Part shown: piece by piece, positions 28,549 to 40,495 of the stretch | Layout of the letters: every line of letters starts with the position of its first letter | Position numbering within the stretch: the stretch's first letter is position 1 | Origin: Candidatus Accumulibacter sp. UBA704 | GTDB taxonomy: Bacteria > Pseudomonadota > Gammaproteobacteria > Burkholderiales > Rhodocyclaceae | Assembly: GCA_002304785.1 (NCBI GenBank) | Contig: DBMG01000053.1 | Span: forward strand, 40,227 to 104,226 | Length of the DNA stretch: 64,000 nt | Reading direction: 5' to 3' | Made by a program: the position numbers and the translations under genes | Notes under the pieces: model-generated | What the model was told of the DNA's origin: nothing | Database searches by the model: none | What the model saw: the letters and a program-made list of their open reading frames with translations, nothing else

Positions 28549-30057
28549 TCAATCCTTTCTTCTGTTTCTGGTTTTCTCGTTGCCGAGCGCCTGCTCCAGG
28601 CGTTCGCAGATGGTGCGCAGGATCTTCACCCGCGCATAGGACTTGTCGTTGGCCTCGACCAGGGTCCAGGGCGCCATTCCCGAACTCGTCCGGTCGACCA
28701 TGTCGCACACCGCGGCGTGATAGGCCGCACTCTTGTCCCGGTTGCGCCAATCCTCCTCGGTGATCTTGAAACGCTTGAACGCAATCTTCTCACGCTCCTT
28801 GAAGCGTCTCAATTGTTCCTTGTCACTGATTTGCAGCCAGAACTTGATGATGATCGCCCCGTCCTCGCGCAGTTCATGTTCGAAGTCGTTGATCTCCGTG
28901 TAGGCCCGCAACCAGTCGGCCTCGGTGCAGAATCCCTCGACGCGTTCGACCAGCACGCGACCGTACCAGGTGCGGTCGAAGATGGCCACCCGGCCGTTGC
29001 GCGGAACGTGTCGCCAGAAACGCCACATGTACGGCTGCGCGCGTTCCTCTTCGGTCGGCGCAGCCACCGGGACGATCTGGTATTGCCGCGCGTCGAGCGC
29101 CGCCGTCACCCGCCGGATGCTGCCGCCCTTGCCGGCGGCATCAGAACCTTCGAAGGCCAGGATCAGCGAGTGATTCCTGAACTCGGGGTGGCGGGCGAGT
29201 TCGGACAGCCGCCCCTGCCATTTGGCCAACTGCGTCTCATAATCCCTTTTCTCCAGCTTCAGCGTCAGGTCGAGGGCCGTCAGCACATCGAGGCTGTCGA
29301 TCTTCTGCGCGATCGGCGGCGCCACCGGGAAGTTCTGGTCGCGCGTATCGGCCAGTCGTTTCTGCAGGGCATCGAGCACGACCTTGCCGACAGTCAGCGA
29401 GCGGTAACGGTCATCCGTGCCTTCAACCACGATCCACGGCGCCCACGGCGTATTGGTCATGCGTAGCACGTGGCCGGCGGCCTCCTGCAGCTTGCCGTAG
29501 GTTTTCAGCCGCGCCCAGCTTTCCTTGGTCACCCTCCAAGCCGTGCGCGGGTCCTTTTCCAGCGCCTTAAGCCGCTGCCGCTGGCCATCGCGGGACAAGT
29601 GGAACCAGAATTTCAGGACCAGCGCCCCTTCGTTCACCAGCATGGCCTCGAAACGGTTGATCTGATCCATGCGCTGGTCGAGGTCGCCCTTCGAGAGATT
29701 CCCGGCAATCCGCTCGGCGATGGGGGTCGAATACCACGAACCGGCGAAGATGCCGATGCGCCCCTTGGGCGGTAATGCGCGCCAGAACCGCCACATGTAG
29801 GGATGTTCCCGCTCTTCATCCGAGGGGGTGGAAAACGCCAGCGTCGACAGAAAGCGCGGATCCATCCACTCGTAGAGCACGTTGATCGTCTCGCTCTTGC
29901 CCGCGCCATCTACGCCGCTGATCAGGATGACGACCGGAAACTTGCCGTTCTCGCGCAGATCGAATTGAGCGTCGAGCAGCCCCTCTCGCACCGTGGGCAC
30001 CTCCGCCCGGTACGTTTTCTTGTCGATCCTGTGTCCGAGTTCCGCCGATTCAAACAT
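28549..30057 (-). CDS. ppk2: two-domain PPK2 family polyphosphate:AMP/nucleotide phosphotransferase
   Basis: Two tandem PPK2 domains (GVDGAGKSE... and GSDAAGKGG... Walker A-like loops). About 500 aa, like PAP-type enzymes. Confidence 0.9.
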   Translation of the reverse strand: MFESAELGHRIDKKTYRAEVPTVREGLLDAQFDLRENGKFPVVILISGVDGAGKSETINVLYEWMDPRFLSTLAFSTPSDEEREHPYMWRFWRALPPKGRIGIFAGSWYSTPIAERIAGNLSKGDLDQRMDQINRFEAMLVNEGALVLKFWFHLSRDGQRQRLKALEKDPRTAWRVTKESWARLKTYGKLQEAAGHVLRMTNTPWAPWIVVEGTDDRYRSLTVGKVVLDALQKRLADTRDQNFPVAPPIAQKIDSLDVLTALDLTLKLEKRDYETQLAKWQGRLSELARHPEFRNHSLILAFEGSDAAGKGGSIRRVTAALDARQYQIVPVAAPTEEERAQPYMWRFWRHVPRNGRVAIFDRTWYGRVLVERVEGFCTEADWLRAYTEINDFEHELREDGAIIIKFWLQISDKEQLRRFKEREKIAFKRFKITEEDWRNRDKSAAYHAAVCDMVDRTSSGMAPWTLVEANDKSYARVKILRTICERLEQALGNEKTRNRRKD

Positions 30058-30814
30058 GACCCGCTTCTCCCCTGAAATCCCCCCATAAGCACTGGATCAC
30101 CGCCAGCGCCGCCAGCCCAGCCGTTTCCGTGCGCAGCACGCGCGGCCCGAGCCGAACCCCGACGAATCCGGCCTGGAGCGCCTGTTCCATCTCGTCGGGC
30201 GACAATCCACCCTCGGCGCCAATCAGCAACTCGATGCGCACGTTCCTTCCCGGTTGGGGAAGCGTGTCCATCGTAAATTCGGCGCCCGGAGCCAGCATCA
30301 GACGCAGCACACTCGTGCCCGTTGCGCTCTTCCCGAGCCAGTGCCGCAAATCTTCGATATCGCAGACCTCGGGAATGCGGTTGCGCCCGCACTGCTCGCA
30401 GGCCGAGGCCGCGACGCCGCGCCAATGTGCCGCCCGCTTGCGCGCCCGCTCGCCTTCCAGGCGGAGGACACTGCGCCGCGTGGCGACCGGCACGATGCGC
30501 GTCACGCCCAGCTCAACCGCCTTCTGCACTGTCAGATCCATCTTCTCGCCGGCCTGCAGCGCCTGCACCAGGGTGACATCGACCGGCGATTCACGCTCGC
30601 TGTCGCGCCATTCCAGCACGTCGGCTAGAGCCGTGTCGCGACCGGTCGACGAAATACAGCATGCATATTCGCCGCCCCGGCCATCGAACAGCACCACGCT
30701 GTCCCCGACTTTCAGACGCAGAACCCTCACGGCATGGCGGACTGCGTTCTCCGACAGTTCGACGCACGTGCCGACGGATAGAGGAGAAGGGCTGTGAAAG
30801 CGGGGGGAATTCAT
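30050..30814 (-). CDS. rsmE: 16S rRNA (uracil1498-N3)-methyltransferase
   Basis: 254 aa of the RsmE family. The 3-prime end overlaps the ppk2 start by 8 nt. Confidence 0.9.
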   Translation of the reverse strand: MNSPRFHSPSPLSVGTCVELSENAVRHAVRVLRLKVGDSVVLFDGRGGEYACCISSTGRDTALADVLEWRDSERESPVDVTLVQALQAGEKMDLTVQKAVELGVTRIVPVATRRSVLRLEGERARKRAAHWRGVAASACEQCGRNRIPEVCDIEDLRHWLGKSATGTSVLRLMLAPGAEFTMDTLPQPGRNVRIELLIGAEGGLSPDEMEQALQAGFVGVRLGPRVLRTETAGLAALAVIQCLWGDFRGEAGHV

Positions 30815-30874
30815 GGCTGTTATTATAGAAGCAACCGTCCCTCTACGCAGGCAACGCAGACAAAGGAGAACCGT

Positions 30875-31432
30875 ATGGCAGCCATCAGCCCCCCGGTATG
30901 CGACTTCGGCTGGAAAGCCCCCGATTTCGAGTTACCCGACACCGCCGGCAAGCGCTGGAACCTCGCTTCACTGAGCGGATCCAGCGGGTTGTTGCTGATG
31001 TTCATCTGCAACCACTGCCCCTACGTCATGTCGGTCATCGACCGCCTGTGCCGCGACGTGGCAGAAGTGCAACAGCTCGGCTTCGGCGTGGCGGCGATCA
31101 TGAGCAACGACACCGAAGCCTACCCGGACGATTCGTACGACAACATGCAGCGCATCGCCCGGCAATACGGATTTTCGTTCCCCTACCTGTTCGACGCCAC
31201 ACAAGCCGTGGCGCGCGCTTATGGCGCCGCCTGCACGCCCGACTTCTTCGGTTTCAACAGCAAAGGGGAACTGCAGTATCGCGGCCGTCTCGATTCCAGC
31301 GGCCGGTCGCCCGTGACTCCCGAGACGCGACGGGAACTGGTCGACGCCATGCAATTGATCGCCGCAACTGGCAAGGGACCGGAGCATCAGGTCGCCAGCA
31401 TCGGCTGCTCGATCAAGTGGAAGACTGCGTAG
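30875..31432 (+). CDS. thioredoxin-fold (AhpC/TSA-like) protein
   Basis: CNHCP (CxxC) motif. AAGGAG RBS before ATG 30875. Confidence 0.8.
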   Translation: MAAISPPVCDFGWKAPDFELPDTAGKRWNLASLSGSSGLLLMFICNHCPYVMSVIDRLCRDVAEVQQLGFGVAAIMSNDTEAYPDDSYDNMQRIARQYGFSFPYLFDATQAVARAYGAACTPDFFGFNSKGELQYRGRLDSSGRSPVTPETRRELVDAMQLIAATGKGPEHQVASIGCSIKWKTA

Positions 31433-31449
31433 CGTTCGTCGAATCCGCT

Positions 31450-33663
31450 TCAGGAATCCTGCAGAATGCTCAGTTCGTTGTTGGTGTGGCGCAGGCGAAT
31501 CGCCAGCATGCGCGCGAGCTTGGCCAGCAGGACCAGGGCAATCCGCTTGTGCTGCTCGGCCAGGTAGTTGAATTTTTCCATCGACAGCACGTACATATCG
31601 CAGTCGGTAATGGCGATGGCGTCGTTGCCGCGCGGACGATGATCTAGGAAAGCCAGCCCCCCGACAAAGTCCCCACGGCCGTAGGTGGCGATATGCTTCA
31701 GGGCGGAACTCCTCCCGATGCACCCCATGACCTTGACCTCCCCTTTGCGGATCAGGAAAAGATCGTCGCTGGGCTCGCCGCGCGCAAAGATCGTCTCGCC
31801 CGCCTTCCACGAACGCTTCTCCAGGCACGCTTCGAGATCCGTCAGCGTATCCGGCTTGCTGCCCTTGAACAGTTCGATTTCGTGAAGTTCCAGTGGCGGC
31901 AGATCCTCCGCCACGCGAGCGTTGTCCTCCCCGAGAATGCGCGCTTCGACCCATTCGATCGCCGCATGCAAGGTGGGAAGGTAAATGACCGTTTCCCCGT
32001 CGTCCTCCAGACCCGACAACTCCAGGAATTCGCGCAGGTTGCGTCCGTTCGGCATGCGCTCGCGCACCGTCGACAGAAGCAGCGGAACCTTGCGTTCCAT
32101 CAACGCGTCCCGCACCAGATTCAGAGTATGCGCTGCCGTCACATCTACCGATTGCACGCGCTGCAGGTCGAGTATCAGGTAACTGGTCGTCGATAATTCG
32201 GGTTCCAGCAACCGGTAGAGTTGCTGCGCCGTGCCGAAGAACAGGCTGCCCTGCAACTCGAAAATGACGGCCGACTGCCCTTTGGCCTCGAGAATGCGCA
32301 TTTCATGCTCGGGCCGATACCAGGTTGAAGTCCGTTCGCTGACGAAACTCTTGCGCCGCAGCACCACCCCGCCCACCTGCTCGCGCAGGAAAAGCACGAC
32401 CGACAGCACCACTCCGACTGCCGAGGCCGCAATCAGCCCGACCGTCAGCGCCACGCCGACCACAACGAGAACCACCGAAAAGTCGATCACCGTCGACGTC
32501 GACTCGAGAAAGCGCAGCGGGTCCGTGTCGATCATCCGAATCCCGACGACGATCAGGACACCGCTCAATGCCGCCACCGGAATCCAAGCGAAAAACATTC
32601 CCAGCACCAGCACTGCGACCACCGTCAGCACACCCTCGATGAAGCCGGAAATCCGTGTCTGGGCGCCACTCGCAAGATTGACCATGCTTGCGCCCATGGT
32701 CCCGGCCCCGGGCATGCCGCCGATGCCGCAAGAAACCACGTTGGCCAGGCCCTGCGCCGCCAGTTCGCGATCGGAGTCGTGCCGGCTGCGCGTCAGTTGA
32801 TCGAGGACGACGCAGGTCTTCAGGGTGTCGATGGAAAGCAGCGCCGCCAGCGTCAGCGCGCTGCCGACGAGCCCGGCGACCTGAGACAGTTGCAGCGCTC
32901 CGATCTGATTCCAGCGATCCGTTATGAGGCCGAAGTACCCGTCTCCGGAAGCCCGCAGCGTCCCGATAACCAGAGGGTTTCCCTCAAGTTCGAACAAGGC
33001 TGGATCGCCAGCAGCGACTCCGGCGAAGGCCAGCACCCCCGCGGCAAGGCCGACGATGGTGGCCGGTACGGCCTTGACGAAGCGGGACGAGACCAGCATG
33101 CCCGCCACCGTCACCCCGCCGATGAGCAACCCGCGCCAATCCCAGTGATGCGGCGTCATCAGGACCTCGATCCAGGCCGCGCCGGCCGGCGCTCCCGCAA
33201 ACTTGGGAATCTGGCTGCCGACGATGATCAGGCCGACGCCGCTCATATAGCCGCTGACGACGGGATAGGGAATGTACTTGATGAGCCGCCCGAAGCCGAG
33301 AAATCCGATCATCACCTGCAGCAATCCGGTCAGGATGCCCAGTACCGTCATCATCAGAACGATGCTGGCCGGATCGATCCCCTGGTGCGTCAGATCTATG
33401 GCGAAGGCCGAAAGCACGGCGGCCGCAGGCGCGCAGGGCGCACTGATCAGGCGGTCGGTCCCGCCGAATGTCGGCGCGACAAGCCCCAGCGCCATGGCTC
33501 CGAGAACTCCGGTCAAGGCTCCGAACGGCGCATAGTGCGGAGAGATGGCGGAATAAACGGTAACGCCGAAAGCGATAGCTGCGGGCAGGGCCACCAGCAT
33601 CGCGGCCAGTCCGCCCCAAAAATCGCCGGAGTGGCGCATCCAGGTACCCGAAAAATGGCGCAT
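31450..33663 (-). CDS. SulP-family anion transporter with STAS and C-terminal cyclic-nucleotide-binding domains
   Basis: Polytopic SulP core, then a STAS region (ILDLQRVQSVDVTAAHTL), then a CNB domain (FARGEPSDDLFLIRKGEVKV...GRGDFVGGLAFLD). Confidence 0.85.
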   Translation of the reverse strand: MRHFSGTWMRHSGDFWGGLAAMLVALPAAIAFGVTVYSAISPHYAPFGALTGVLGAMALGLVAPTFGGTDRLISAPCAPAAAVLSAFAIDLTHQGIDPASIVLMMTVLGILTGLLQVMIGFLGFGRLIKYIPYPVVSGYMSGVGLIIVGSQIPKFAGAPAGAAWIEVLMTPHHWDWRGLLIGGVTVAGMLVSSRFVKAVPATIVGLAAGVLAFAGVAAGDPALFELEGNPLVIGTLRASGDGYFGLITDRWNQIGALQLSQVAGLVGSALTLAALLSIDTLKTCVVLDQLTRSRHDSDRELAAQGLANVVSCGIGGMPGAGTMGASMVNLASGAQTRISGFIEGVLTVVAVLVLGMFFAWIPVAALSGVLIVVGIRMIDTDPLRFLESTSTVIDFSVVLVVVGVALTVGLIAASAVGVVLSVVLFLREQVGGVVLRRKSFVSERTSTWYRPEHEMRILEAKGQSAVIFELQGSLFFGTAQQLYRLLEPELSTTSYLILDLQRVQSVDVTAAHTLNLVRDALMERKVPLLLSTVRERMPNGRNLREFLELSGLEDDGETVIYLPTLHAAIEWVEARILGEDNARVAEDLPPLELHEIELFKGSKPDTLTDLEACLEKRSWKAGETIFARGEPSDDLFLIRKGEVKVMGCIGRSSALKHIATYGRGDFVGGLAFLDHRPRGNDAIAITDCDMYVLSMEKFNYLAEQHKRIALVLLAKLARMLAIRLRHTNNELSILQDS

Positions 33664-33837
33664 GACTCTCCTGTGCTATTCACTCGAGACGTGTCCGTCT
33701 TCGATCAGCATAAGCCTAACGCAATGCTGTGGAAAGCCGCTTATAATTGGATCGCCAAGGCGTTCGGGACATTTTCCCGGCCTGTTTGACGTACTTTGAG
33801 CTGGCTTTAACCGTTACACCACAGGAGAACCCGACCG

Positions 33838-36297
33838 ATGTCTGACACCAGCAAAAACAAAGTCGATGGCGCTGCGTTCCGTGCCGAAATTGACAAGAAA
33901 CTGCTCCACGCAGTCGCCGCCGAACCGGTCACGGCAAACACCAAGGAAATCTACAAGGCACTGGCGTTCGCGGCACGCGAGGAGCTGGCCAAGCGCTGGG
34001 TTCAGACACAGGTCGACGACCGGAGGAAAAAAACCCGCCGTATTTATTACATGTCGATGGAATTCCTGATCGGGCGCACCCTGGACAACGCCATCTCTGC
34101 GCTCGGCCTGCGCGAAAATGCCGCTGCGGCTTTTTCCGGCGTGGGCGGCCCGAGCCTGAACGAGATCATCGAATGCGAACCGGATGCCGCCCTTGGCAAC
34201 GGCGGCCTGGGACGACTTGCCGCCTGCTTCCTGGATTCGATGGCCACGCTGGAACTCCCCTCCTGGGGCTACGGCATGCGCTATGAATACGGGATGTTCG
34301 CCCAGTCAATCATCAACGGCGGCCAAGTGGAACACCCTGACTCCTGGCTGGTGGACGGCACTCCCTGGGAATTTCCACGGCCGGGGACGGTCTTCCCCGT
34401 GCGCTTCTGCGGTACGGCGGAACACCACGGCGAATGGGCCGAATGGAACGCCGCCGAGGCCGTCGAGGCGCGCGCCTACGACTATGTCATTCCAGGCCAC
34501 GGCACCGAACGGGTTAGCACCCTGCGCCTGTGGAAAGCCGGCGCACCCGCCCAGATCGACCTCAATGCCTTCAATTCCGGCGACTACGCACGTGCCGCCG
34601 AGTTCAAGAACCGGTTCGAGAACATTTCCTGGGTTCTCTACCCGAACGACAGCACCCCCGCCGGCCGCGAGTTGCGCCTGCGGCAGGAGTATTTCTTCGT
34701 ATCCGCGTCGCTGCAGGACATCCTGTTCCACCATCTGGAGGAACACGGTCACCTCAACAATCTGGCCGACCAGATCGCGATCCACCTCAACGACACGCAT
34801 CCGGCGATTGCCGTGGCCGAACTCATGCGCCTGCTGTGCGACGAATACGGCATGCTGTGGGGCGCCGCCTGGAGCCAGTGCAAGCGCATCTTCTCCTACA
34901 CCAACCACACGCTGATGCCGGAAGCTCTGGAAACCTGGCCGGTCAGTCTGGTGCACTATCTGCTACCGCGACACATGCGGATCATCTTCCGCATCAACCA
35001 GGAATTCCTGGCCGAAGTCGAACAGCGCTTCCCGGGGGACATCGACCTTATCCGCCGTGTCTCCCTGATCGACGATGGTGACGGCAGCGAAGACAGCAAG
35101 CGCGTGCGTATGGCACATCTGTGCATCGTCGGCAGCCATCGCATCAACGGAGTCTCGCAACTGCACTCCGACCTGATGGTCAAGACGATTTTTGCCGGAT
35201 TCGCCAAGCTCTTTCCGGAGCGCTTCCACAACAAGACCAACGGAGTCACTCCCCGCCGCTGGCTGGCGCAGGCCAACCCGAGTCTTTCGTCGCTGCTCGA
35301 CCAGCGCATCGGCCGGAACTGGCGGCTCAATCTCGACAAACTGCAGGAACTCCGCCCGCTGGCCAACGACGAAGAATTCCGTTCCGCTTTTGCGACGGCC
35401 AAGAGAAACAACAAGTCACGGCTGGCCGACTACGTCCGCCGCGAAACCGGGATCGTTCTCAACCCCGACAGCCTGTTCGACGTCCAGGTCAAGCGCATCC
35501 ATGAATACAAGCGGCAACTGCTCAACGTGCTGCACGTCATCACACGCTACAACGCCATCCTGCACGGTCTGGCCGACGATCTCGCCCCGCGCTGCGTGAT
35601 TTTCGCCGGCAAGGCCGCATCGGCGTATCACATGGCCAAGCAGATCATCCACCTGATCAACGATGTGGCCACCGTCATCAACAACGATCCGCGCGTGCAG
35701 GACAGGCTGAAGGTCGTCTTCGTACCGAACTACGGCGTGTCTGTCGCCGAACTGATAATGCCGGCTGCCGACCTTTCGGAACAGATATCCACTGCGGGGA
35801 CGGAAGCCTCGGGCACCGGCAATATGAAGTTCTCGCTGAATGGCGCGCTGACCATCGGCACGGAAGACGGCGCCAACATCGAGATCCGCGACAACGTGGG
35901 AGCGGACAACATCTTCATTTTCGGCAACAATGCCCAGCAGGTGGAAGCGCTTCGCCGGTCGGGATACGACCCCAGGGCCATCTATAACGGCGATTCGATG
36001 CTCAACGAGACGCTGAACAAGATCGATGGCGGCTTCTTCTCGCCGCAGGAACGCCGGCGCTACCACGACATCTTCAACAGCCTGGTCAACTACGGCGACC
36101 ATTACCTGTTGCTCGCCGATTATGCGGCTTATCTGGATGCCCAGAAGCGCGTTGACAGCCTCTACAAGACGGCTGGCGAATGGCAGCGCAAGGCCATTCT
36201 CAATGTCGCCGGAATGGGCCAGTTCTCCTCCGACCGGACCATCCGGGAGTACGCGGAAGACACCTGGAACCTCGGCCCATCCTTGAAGAAAGTCTGA
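33838..36297 (+). CDS. glgP: glycogen/maltodextrin phosphorylase
   Basis: 819 aa with the PLP site [20 protein letters not shown]. Confidence 0.95.
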   Translation: MSDTSKNKVDGAAFRAEIDKKLLHAVAAEPVTANTKEIYKALAFAAREELAKRWVQTQVDDRRKKTRRIYYMSMEFLIGRTLDNAISALGLRENAAAAFSGVGGPSLNEIIECEPDAALGNGGLGRLAACFLDSMATLELPSWGYGMRYEYGMFAQSIINGGQVEHPDSWLVDGTPWEFPRPGTVFPVRFCGTAEHHGEWAEWNAAEAVEARAYDYVIPGHGTERVSTLRLWKAGAPAQIDLNAFNSGDYARAAEFKNRFENISWVLYPNDSTPAGRELRLRQEYFFVSASLQDILFHHLEEHGHLNNLADQIAIHLNDTHPAIAVAELMRLLCDEYGMLWGAAWSQCKRIFSYTNHTLMPEALETWPVSLVHYLLPRHMRIIFRINQEFLAEVEQRFPGDIDLIRRVSLIDDGDGSEDSKRVRMAHLCIVGSHRINGVSQLHSDLMVKTIFAGFAKLFPERFHNKTNGVTPRRWLAQANPSLSSLLDQRIGRNWRLNLDKLQELRPLANDEEFRSAFATAKRNNKSRLADYVRRETGIVLNPDSLFDVQVKRIHEYKRQLLNVLHVITRYNAILHGLADDLAPRCVIFAGKAASAYHMAKQIIHLINDVATVINNDPRVQDRLKVVFVPNYGVSVAELIMPAADLSEQISTAGTEASGTGNMKFSLNGALTIGTEDGANIEIRDNVGADNIFIFGNNAQQVEALRRSGYDPRAIYNGDSMLNETLNKIDGGFFSPQERRRYHDIFNSLVNYGDHYLLLADYAAYLDAQKRVDSLYKTAGEWQRKAILNVAGMGQFSSDRTIREYAEDTWNLGPSLKKV

Positions 36298-36298
36298 C

Positions 36299-38491
36299 AT
36301 GCTGAGAAAACCCGAAGTTCTGGCCTTGTGCCGCGGCGAGCACGGCGATCCTTTCGCCGTGCTCGGAATGCACATCGACAGCAAAGGGAGACTCTGGTTG
36401 CGCACCATGCAGCCGGGCGCATCCGCCGTATTCGTCATCGAGGCGGAAAGCGGCAAGGAAGTACTGGAACTGTCCCAGCGCAAACTCGATGCCATCGATG
36501 GCCCCTCCGGCTTTTTTGAAGGATCGCTGCTGGGCCGCAACAAGCCCTTCCGCTATCGGCTCAAGATCGTCTGGCCGGGCGGCGTGCAGGAAACCGAGGA
36601 CCCCTACCGCTTTTCAACAATCATCGGCGACCTCGATGCCTGGCTGCTGGCCGAGGGCTCGCACCTCAGACCATACGAGCGCCTGGGAGCGCACCTGCGC
36701 GAAATCGACGGGGTCAAGGGCGCTACGTTTGCCGTCTGGGCACCCGACGCCCAGCGTGTCAGCGTCATTGGCGACTTCAACACCTGGGATGGTCGGCGTC
36801 ATCCGATGCGCCTGCGCCGCGAATGCGGCGTCTGGGAACTGTTCATCCCCGAGGTCAAGGCGGGGGCCTGTTACAAATTTGAAATCCGCTCCAAGGACGG
36901 GCGCATCCTGCCGCTGAAGGCCGACCCCTACGGTTTCGCCGCCGAACTCCGGCCTTCCACCGCGTCGGTCGTCCATGGCCTGCCGACAGTCGAACGGAGA
37001 AAGAGCATCGGCGCAGGCAGCCGCCTGGACTCGCCGGTCTCCATCTACGAAGTCCATCTGGGTTCCTGGCGCCGCACCGATGACGGCGGCTTCCTGAACT
37101 GGCAGCGCATTACCGAGACACTGATCCCCTATGCCATCGATCTCGGCTTCACGCACCTCGAACTGCTGCCCGTATCGGAACACCCCTTCGACGGCTCCTG
37201 GGGCTACCAGCCGTTGGGACTCTACGCACCGACCGCGCGCTTCGGCTCACCGGACGGGTTCCGGGATTTCGTGACGGCTTGTCATCGTGCCGGACTGGAA
37301 GTCATCGTTGACTGGGTTCCGGCGCATTTCCCGACCGACGAGCACGGCCTCGCCCGTTTCGACGGCCAAGCCCTGTACGAACACGCCGACCCGCGTGAAG
37401 GCATGCATCAGGACTGGGGAACGCTGATCTACAACTTCGGCAGACGCGAGGTCTTCAACTACTTGGTCGGCAACGCCCTGTTCTGGATCGAGCAATACGG
37501 GGTCGACGGCTTGCGCGTCGATGCCGTCGCCTCGATGCTGTACCGCGACTACAGCCGCAAACACGGCGAATGGATTCCGAACATCTACGGCGGACGGGAA
37601 AACCTCGAAGCGGTGCATTTCCTGCGCCGCATGAACGAGGTTCTCGGCCTGGAATGTCCCGGCGCCGCCACCTATGCCGAGGAATCGACCGCCTGGCCCG
37701 CCGTCAGCCGCCCTCCTTCGATGGGCGGACTCGGTTTCCATTACAAGTGGAACATGGGCTGGATGCACGACATCCTCGAATACATGCGGCACGACCCGAT
37801 CCATCGCCGTTACCACCACCACCAGTTGACCTTCGGCTTGCTCTACGCGTTCACCGAGAATTTCGTGCTCCCCTTGTCGCACGACGAAGTGGTACACGGC
37901 AAGGGTTCGCTGATCAACAAGATGGCGGGCGACTACTGGCAGAAATTCGCCAACCTGCGCGCCCTGTACGGCTTCATGTGGGCGCACCCCGGGAAGAAAC
38001 TGCTGTTCATGGGCGGAGAGTTTGCGCAGTGGAACGAGTGGAATGACGCCGCGTCGCTTGACTGGAACCTGCTCGATTTTCCGCAGCATGCGGGGGTTCA
38101 GAATCTCATCCGCGACCTCAACAAGCTCTACCGCAAGACGCCGGCGCTCCATGAGATCGATTTCGACCATCACGGTTTCGAGTGGATTTCGGCCAACGAT
38201 TCGGACAACTCGGTGATCGCCTTCCTGCGCCGCGGCAGGGACGCATCGCACGCCATGCTCTGCGTCTGCAACTTTACTCCGGTGGTGCGCCACGACTACC
38301 GGGTGGGTGCGCCAGGCCCCGGCATCTACCATGAACGACTGAACACCGATTCGCAGTACTACGGCGGCAGCAACGTCGGCAATCCCTTCGGCATGGTCGA
38401 TGCGGAACAGATTCCCTCGCACGGGCGCGAATGGTCGCTATCCCTGACCTTGCCGCCGTTGGCGACGGTGTTTCTGGAATGGGAACCCTGA
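36299..38491 (+). CDS. glgB: 1,4-alpha-glucan branching enzyme
   Basis: 730 aa with GH13 motifs ([17 protein letters not shown]). Starts 2 nt after the glgP stop. Confidence 0.95.
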   Translation: MLRKPEVLALCRGEHGDPFAVLGMHIDSKGRLWLRTMQPGASAVFVIEAESGKEVLELSQRKLDAIDGPSGFFEGSLLGRNKPFRYRLKIVWPGGVQETEDPYRFSTIIGDLDAWLLAEGSHLRPYERLGAHLREIDGVKGATFAVWAPDAQRVSVIGDFNTWDGRRHPMRLRRECGVWELFIPEVKAGACYKFEIRSKDGRILPLKADPYGFAAELRPSTASVVHGLPTVERRKSIGAGSRLDSPVSIYEVHLGSWRRTDDGGFLNWQRITETLIPYAIDLGFTHLELLPVSEHPFDGSWGYQPLGLYAPTARFGSPDGFRDFVTACHRAGLEVIVDWVPAHFPTDEHGLARFDGQALYEHADPREGMHQDWGTLIYNFGRREVFNYLVGNALFWIEQYGVDGLRVDAVASMLYRDYSRKHGEWIPNIYGGRENLEAVHFLRRMNEVLGLECPGAATYAEESTAWPAVSRPPSMGGLGFHYKWNMGWMHDILEYMRHDPIHRRYHHHQLTFGLLYAFTENFVLPLSHDEVVHGKGSLINKMAGDYWQKFANLRALYGFMWAHPGKKLLFMGGEFAQWNEWNDAASLDWNLLDFPQHAGVQNLIRDLNKLYRKTPALHEIDFDHHGFEWISANDSDNSVIAFLRRGRDASHAMLCVCNFTPVVRHDYRVGAPGPGIYHERLNTDSQYYGGSNVGNPFGMVDAEQIPSHGREWSLSLTLPPLATVFLEWEP

Positions 38492-40491
38492 ACACGGCAA
38501 GCGCATTGCAGGACGGCCGCCCCTGGCCGCTCGGCGCGCACTGGGACGGCGCCGGCGTTAACTTTGCCCTGTTCTCCGCGCACGCCGACCGTGTCGAGGT
38601 ATGCATATGGGAAGGGGACTCTATGCACACCTTTCCCTTGCCTGCTTGCACGGACCAGGTGTGGCACGGTTTTCTCCCCGGCGCAGCCCCCGGACTCTGC
38701 TACGCCTATCGCGTTTTCGGCCCCAGCGGGCCGGGGCACCGTTTCGATCCGCAACGACTGCTGGTCGACCCCTATGCCCGGGAACTGACCGGTACATTTT
38801 CCTGGGACCGGATGCTTCCGCCCGAACAGGGATTGCGCTCCCGTGTCGTCGCCCCGACCTTCGACTGGGGAGACGACGTTTCCCCCGCCACCCTGTGGGA
38901 AGATACGGTTCTCTACGAAATCCACGTCAAGGGGGCCACCCAACTCCATCCCGGCGTACCGGAAAACCTCCGTGGCACCTATGCCGGGCTGGCTTCTCCG
39001 GCCATGGTGGAGCATCTCCGGCGACTTGGCGTTACCGCCGTCAAACTCCTGCCGATCCACGGCTTCCTTGACGAGAGGCACCTCGTACAGCGCGGGTTGA
39101 CCAACTACTGGGGTTACAACACGCTGTCCTTCTTTGCCCCGGAAGCACGTTACGCATCGCGTACCGACGACCAGTCGCCGATCAACGAGTTTCGCTCAAT
39201 GGTGCGTTCGCTGCACGCGGCCGGGATCGAAGTCATTCTCGACGTCGTCTTCAACCATACCGCGGAGACGGATGAATTCGGCCCGACCCTGTCCTTCCGC
39301 GGCATCGACAATGCCAGCTACTACCGCCTCAAGAGCGACAACCCCACTCTCTACGAAAACCACAGCGGCTGTGGCAACACCTTCAATGTCGCTCATCCGC
39401 GCGTGCTCCAGCTGGTCATGGACTCCTTGCGTTACTGGGTCGAGGAAATGCATGTCGACGGCTTCCGCTTCGACCTGGCTGCCGCCCTGACCCGCGACAG
39501 CGCGTTCCTGGCTGCGATTGCGCAGGATCCGCTGCTCTCCCGTGTCAAACTGATCGCAGAACCCTGGGATCTCGGCCCGGACGGCTACCGCCTCGGCCGA
39601 TTCCCCCCGGGGTGGCGCGAATGGAACGATCGCTTCCGCGATGACGTCCGCGCCTTCTGGCTGACTGGCGAAGCCGGCATAGGCGCGCTGGCGCAACGCA
39701 TCGCCGGATCAAGCGAAATATTCCGCCACCACGGACGCAGTCCCACGGCCGGCATCAATTTCATCACCGCGCATGACGGCTTCACGCTGCGGGACCTGGT
39801 CAGCTACCGCCACAAACACAATGAACTGAACGGCGAAAGCAATCGCGACGGCCACGGGCACAACCTGTCCTGCAACTGCGGGAGGGAAGGCGAGAGCGTC
39901 GATCCGCAGATAGTGGAATACCGCCGCCGATTGCAGCGCGCCCTGCTCGCCACGCTGTTCTTCGGCCGGGGGGTGCCGATGTTGCAAGGCGGCGACGAAT
40001 TGGGCCGCACGCAAGCCGGCAACAACAACGCCTATTGCCAGGACAACCTCCTGACGTGGCTGGATTGGCCAAAGGCAGATGAAGAGCTCATCGCATACAC
40101 CGCCGGTCTGATCCGTATGCGCCGGCAATTCGCTCAATTGAAACGCGACGGCTGGCTGAGCGGCAAGACCGATGCCTCCGGGCAACGCGACGTCGTCTGG
40201 TGGCATCCGGACGGCCACGAAATGAATGGACATGACTGGAATTCCTCGCCCGGAACGCTGGGAATGCTTCTCGCACCGGCCCGACCGCACGACGCTCAAT
40301 CCGACAAACCGACTTCTGCAACGCTGCTAGCCCTCTTCAACCGCACCGCCGATACCGTCACCTTCAATCTTCCTCCCGGCGAGTGGCGGCTGCTCTGCGA
40401 CAGCCGCGCCGACGAGCCATTCGGCGAACACGCGTTCGATCATCAATGTCCCCAGGCAGGACGGAGCGTCCTGCTTCTTGCACGAGGCTGA
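38479..40491 (+). CDS. glgX: glycogen debranching enzyme
   Basis: GlgX-type N-terminus ([19 protein letters not shown]) and GH13 motifs ([13 protein letters not shown]). ATG 38479 overlaps the glgB stop. Confidence 0.9.
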   Translation: MGTLNTASALQDGRPWPLGAHWDGAGVNFALFSAHADRVEVCIWEGDSMHTFPLPACTDQVWHGFLPGAAPGLCYAYRVFGPSGPGHRFDPQRLLVDPYARELTGTFSWDRMLPPEQGLRSRVVAPTFDWGDDVSPATLWEDTVLYEIHVKGATQLHPGVPENLRGTYAGLASPAMVEHLRRLGVTAVKLLPIHGFLDERHLVQRGLTNYWGYNTLSFFAPEARYASRTDDQSPINEFRSMVRSLHAAGIEVILDVVFNHTAETDEFGPTLSFRGIDNASYYRLKSDNPTLYENHSGCGNTFNVAHPRVLQLVMDSLRYWVEEMHVDGFRFDLAAALTRDSAFLAAIAQDPLLSRVKLIAEPWDLGPDGYRLGRFPPGWREWNDRFRDDVRAFWLTGEAGIGALAQRIAGSSEIFRHHGRSPTAGINFITAHDGFTLRDLVSYRHKHNELNGESNRDGHGHNLSCNCGREGESVDPQIVEYRRRLQRALLATLFFGRGVPMLQGGDELGRTQAGNNNAYCQDNLLTWLDWPKADEELIAYTAGLIRMRRQFAQLKRDGWLSGKTDASGQRDVVWWHPDGHEMNGHDWNSSPGTLGMLLAPARPHDAQSDKPTSATLLALFNRTADTVTFNLPPGEWRLLCDSRADEPFGEHAFDHQCPQAGRSVLLLARG

Positions 40492-40495
40492 CGCC

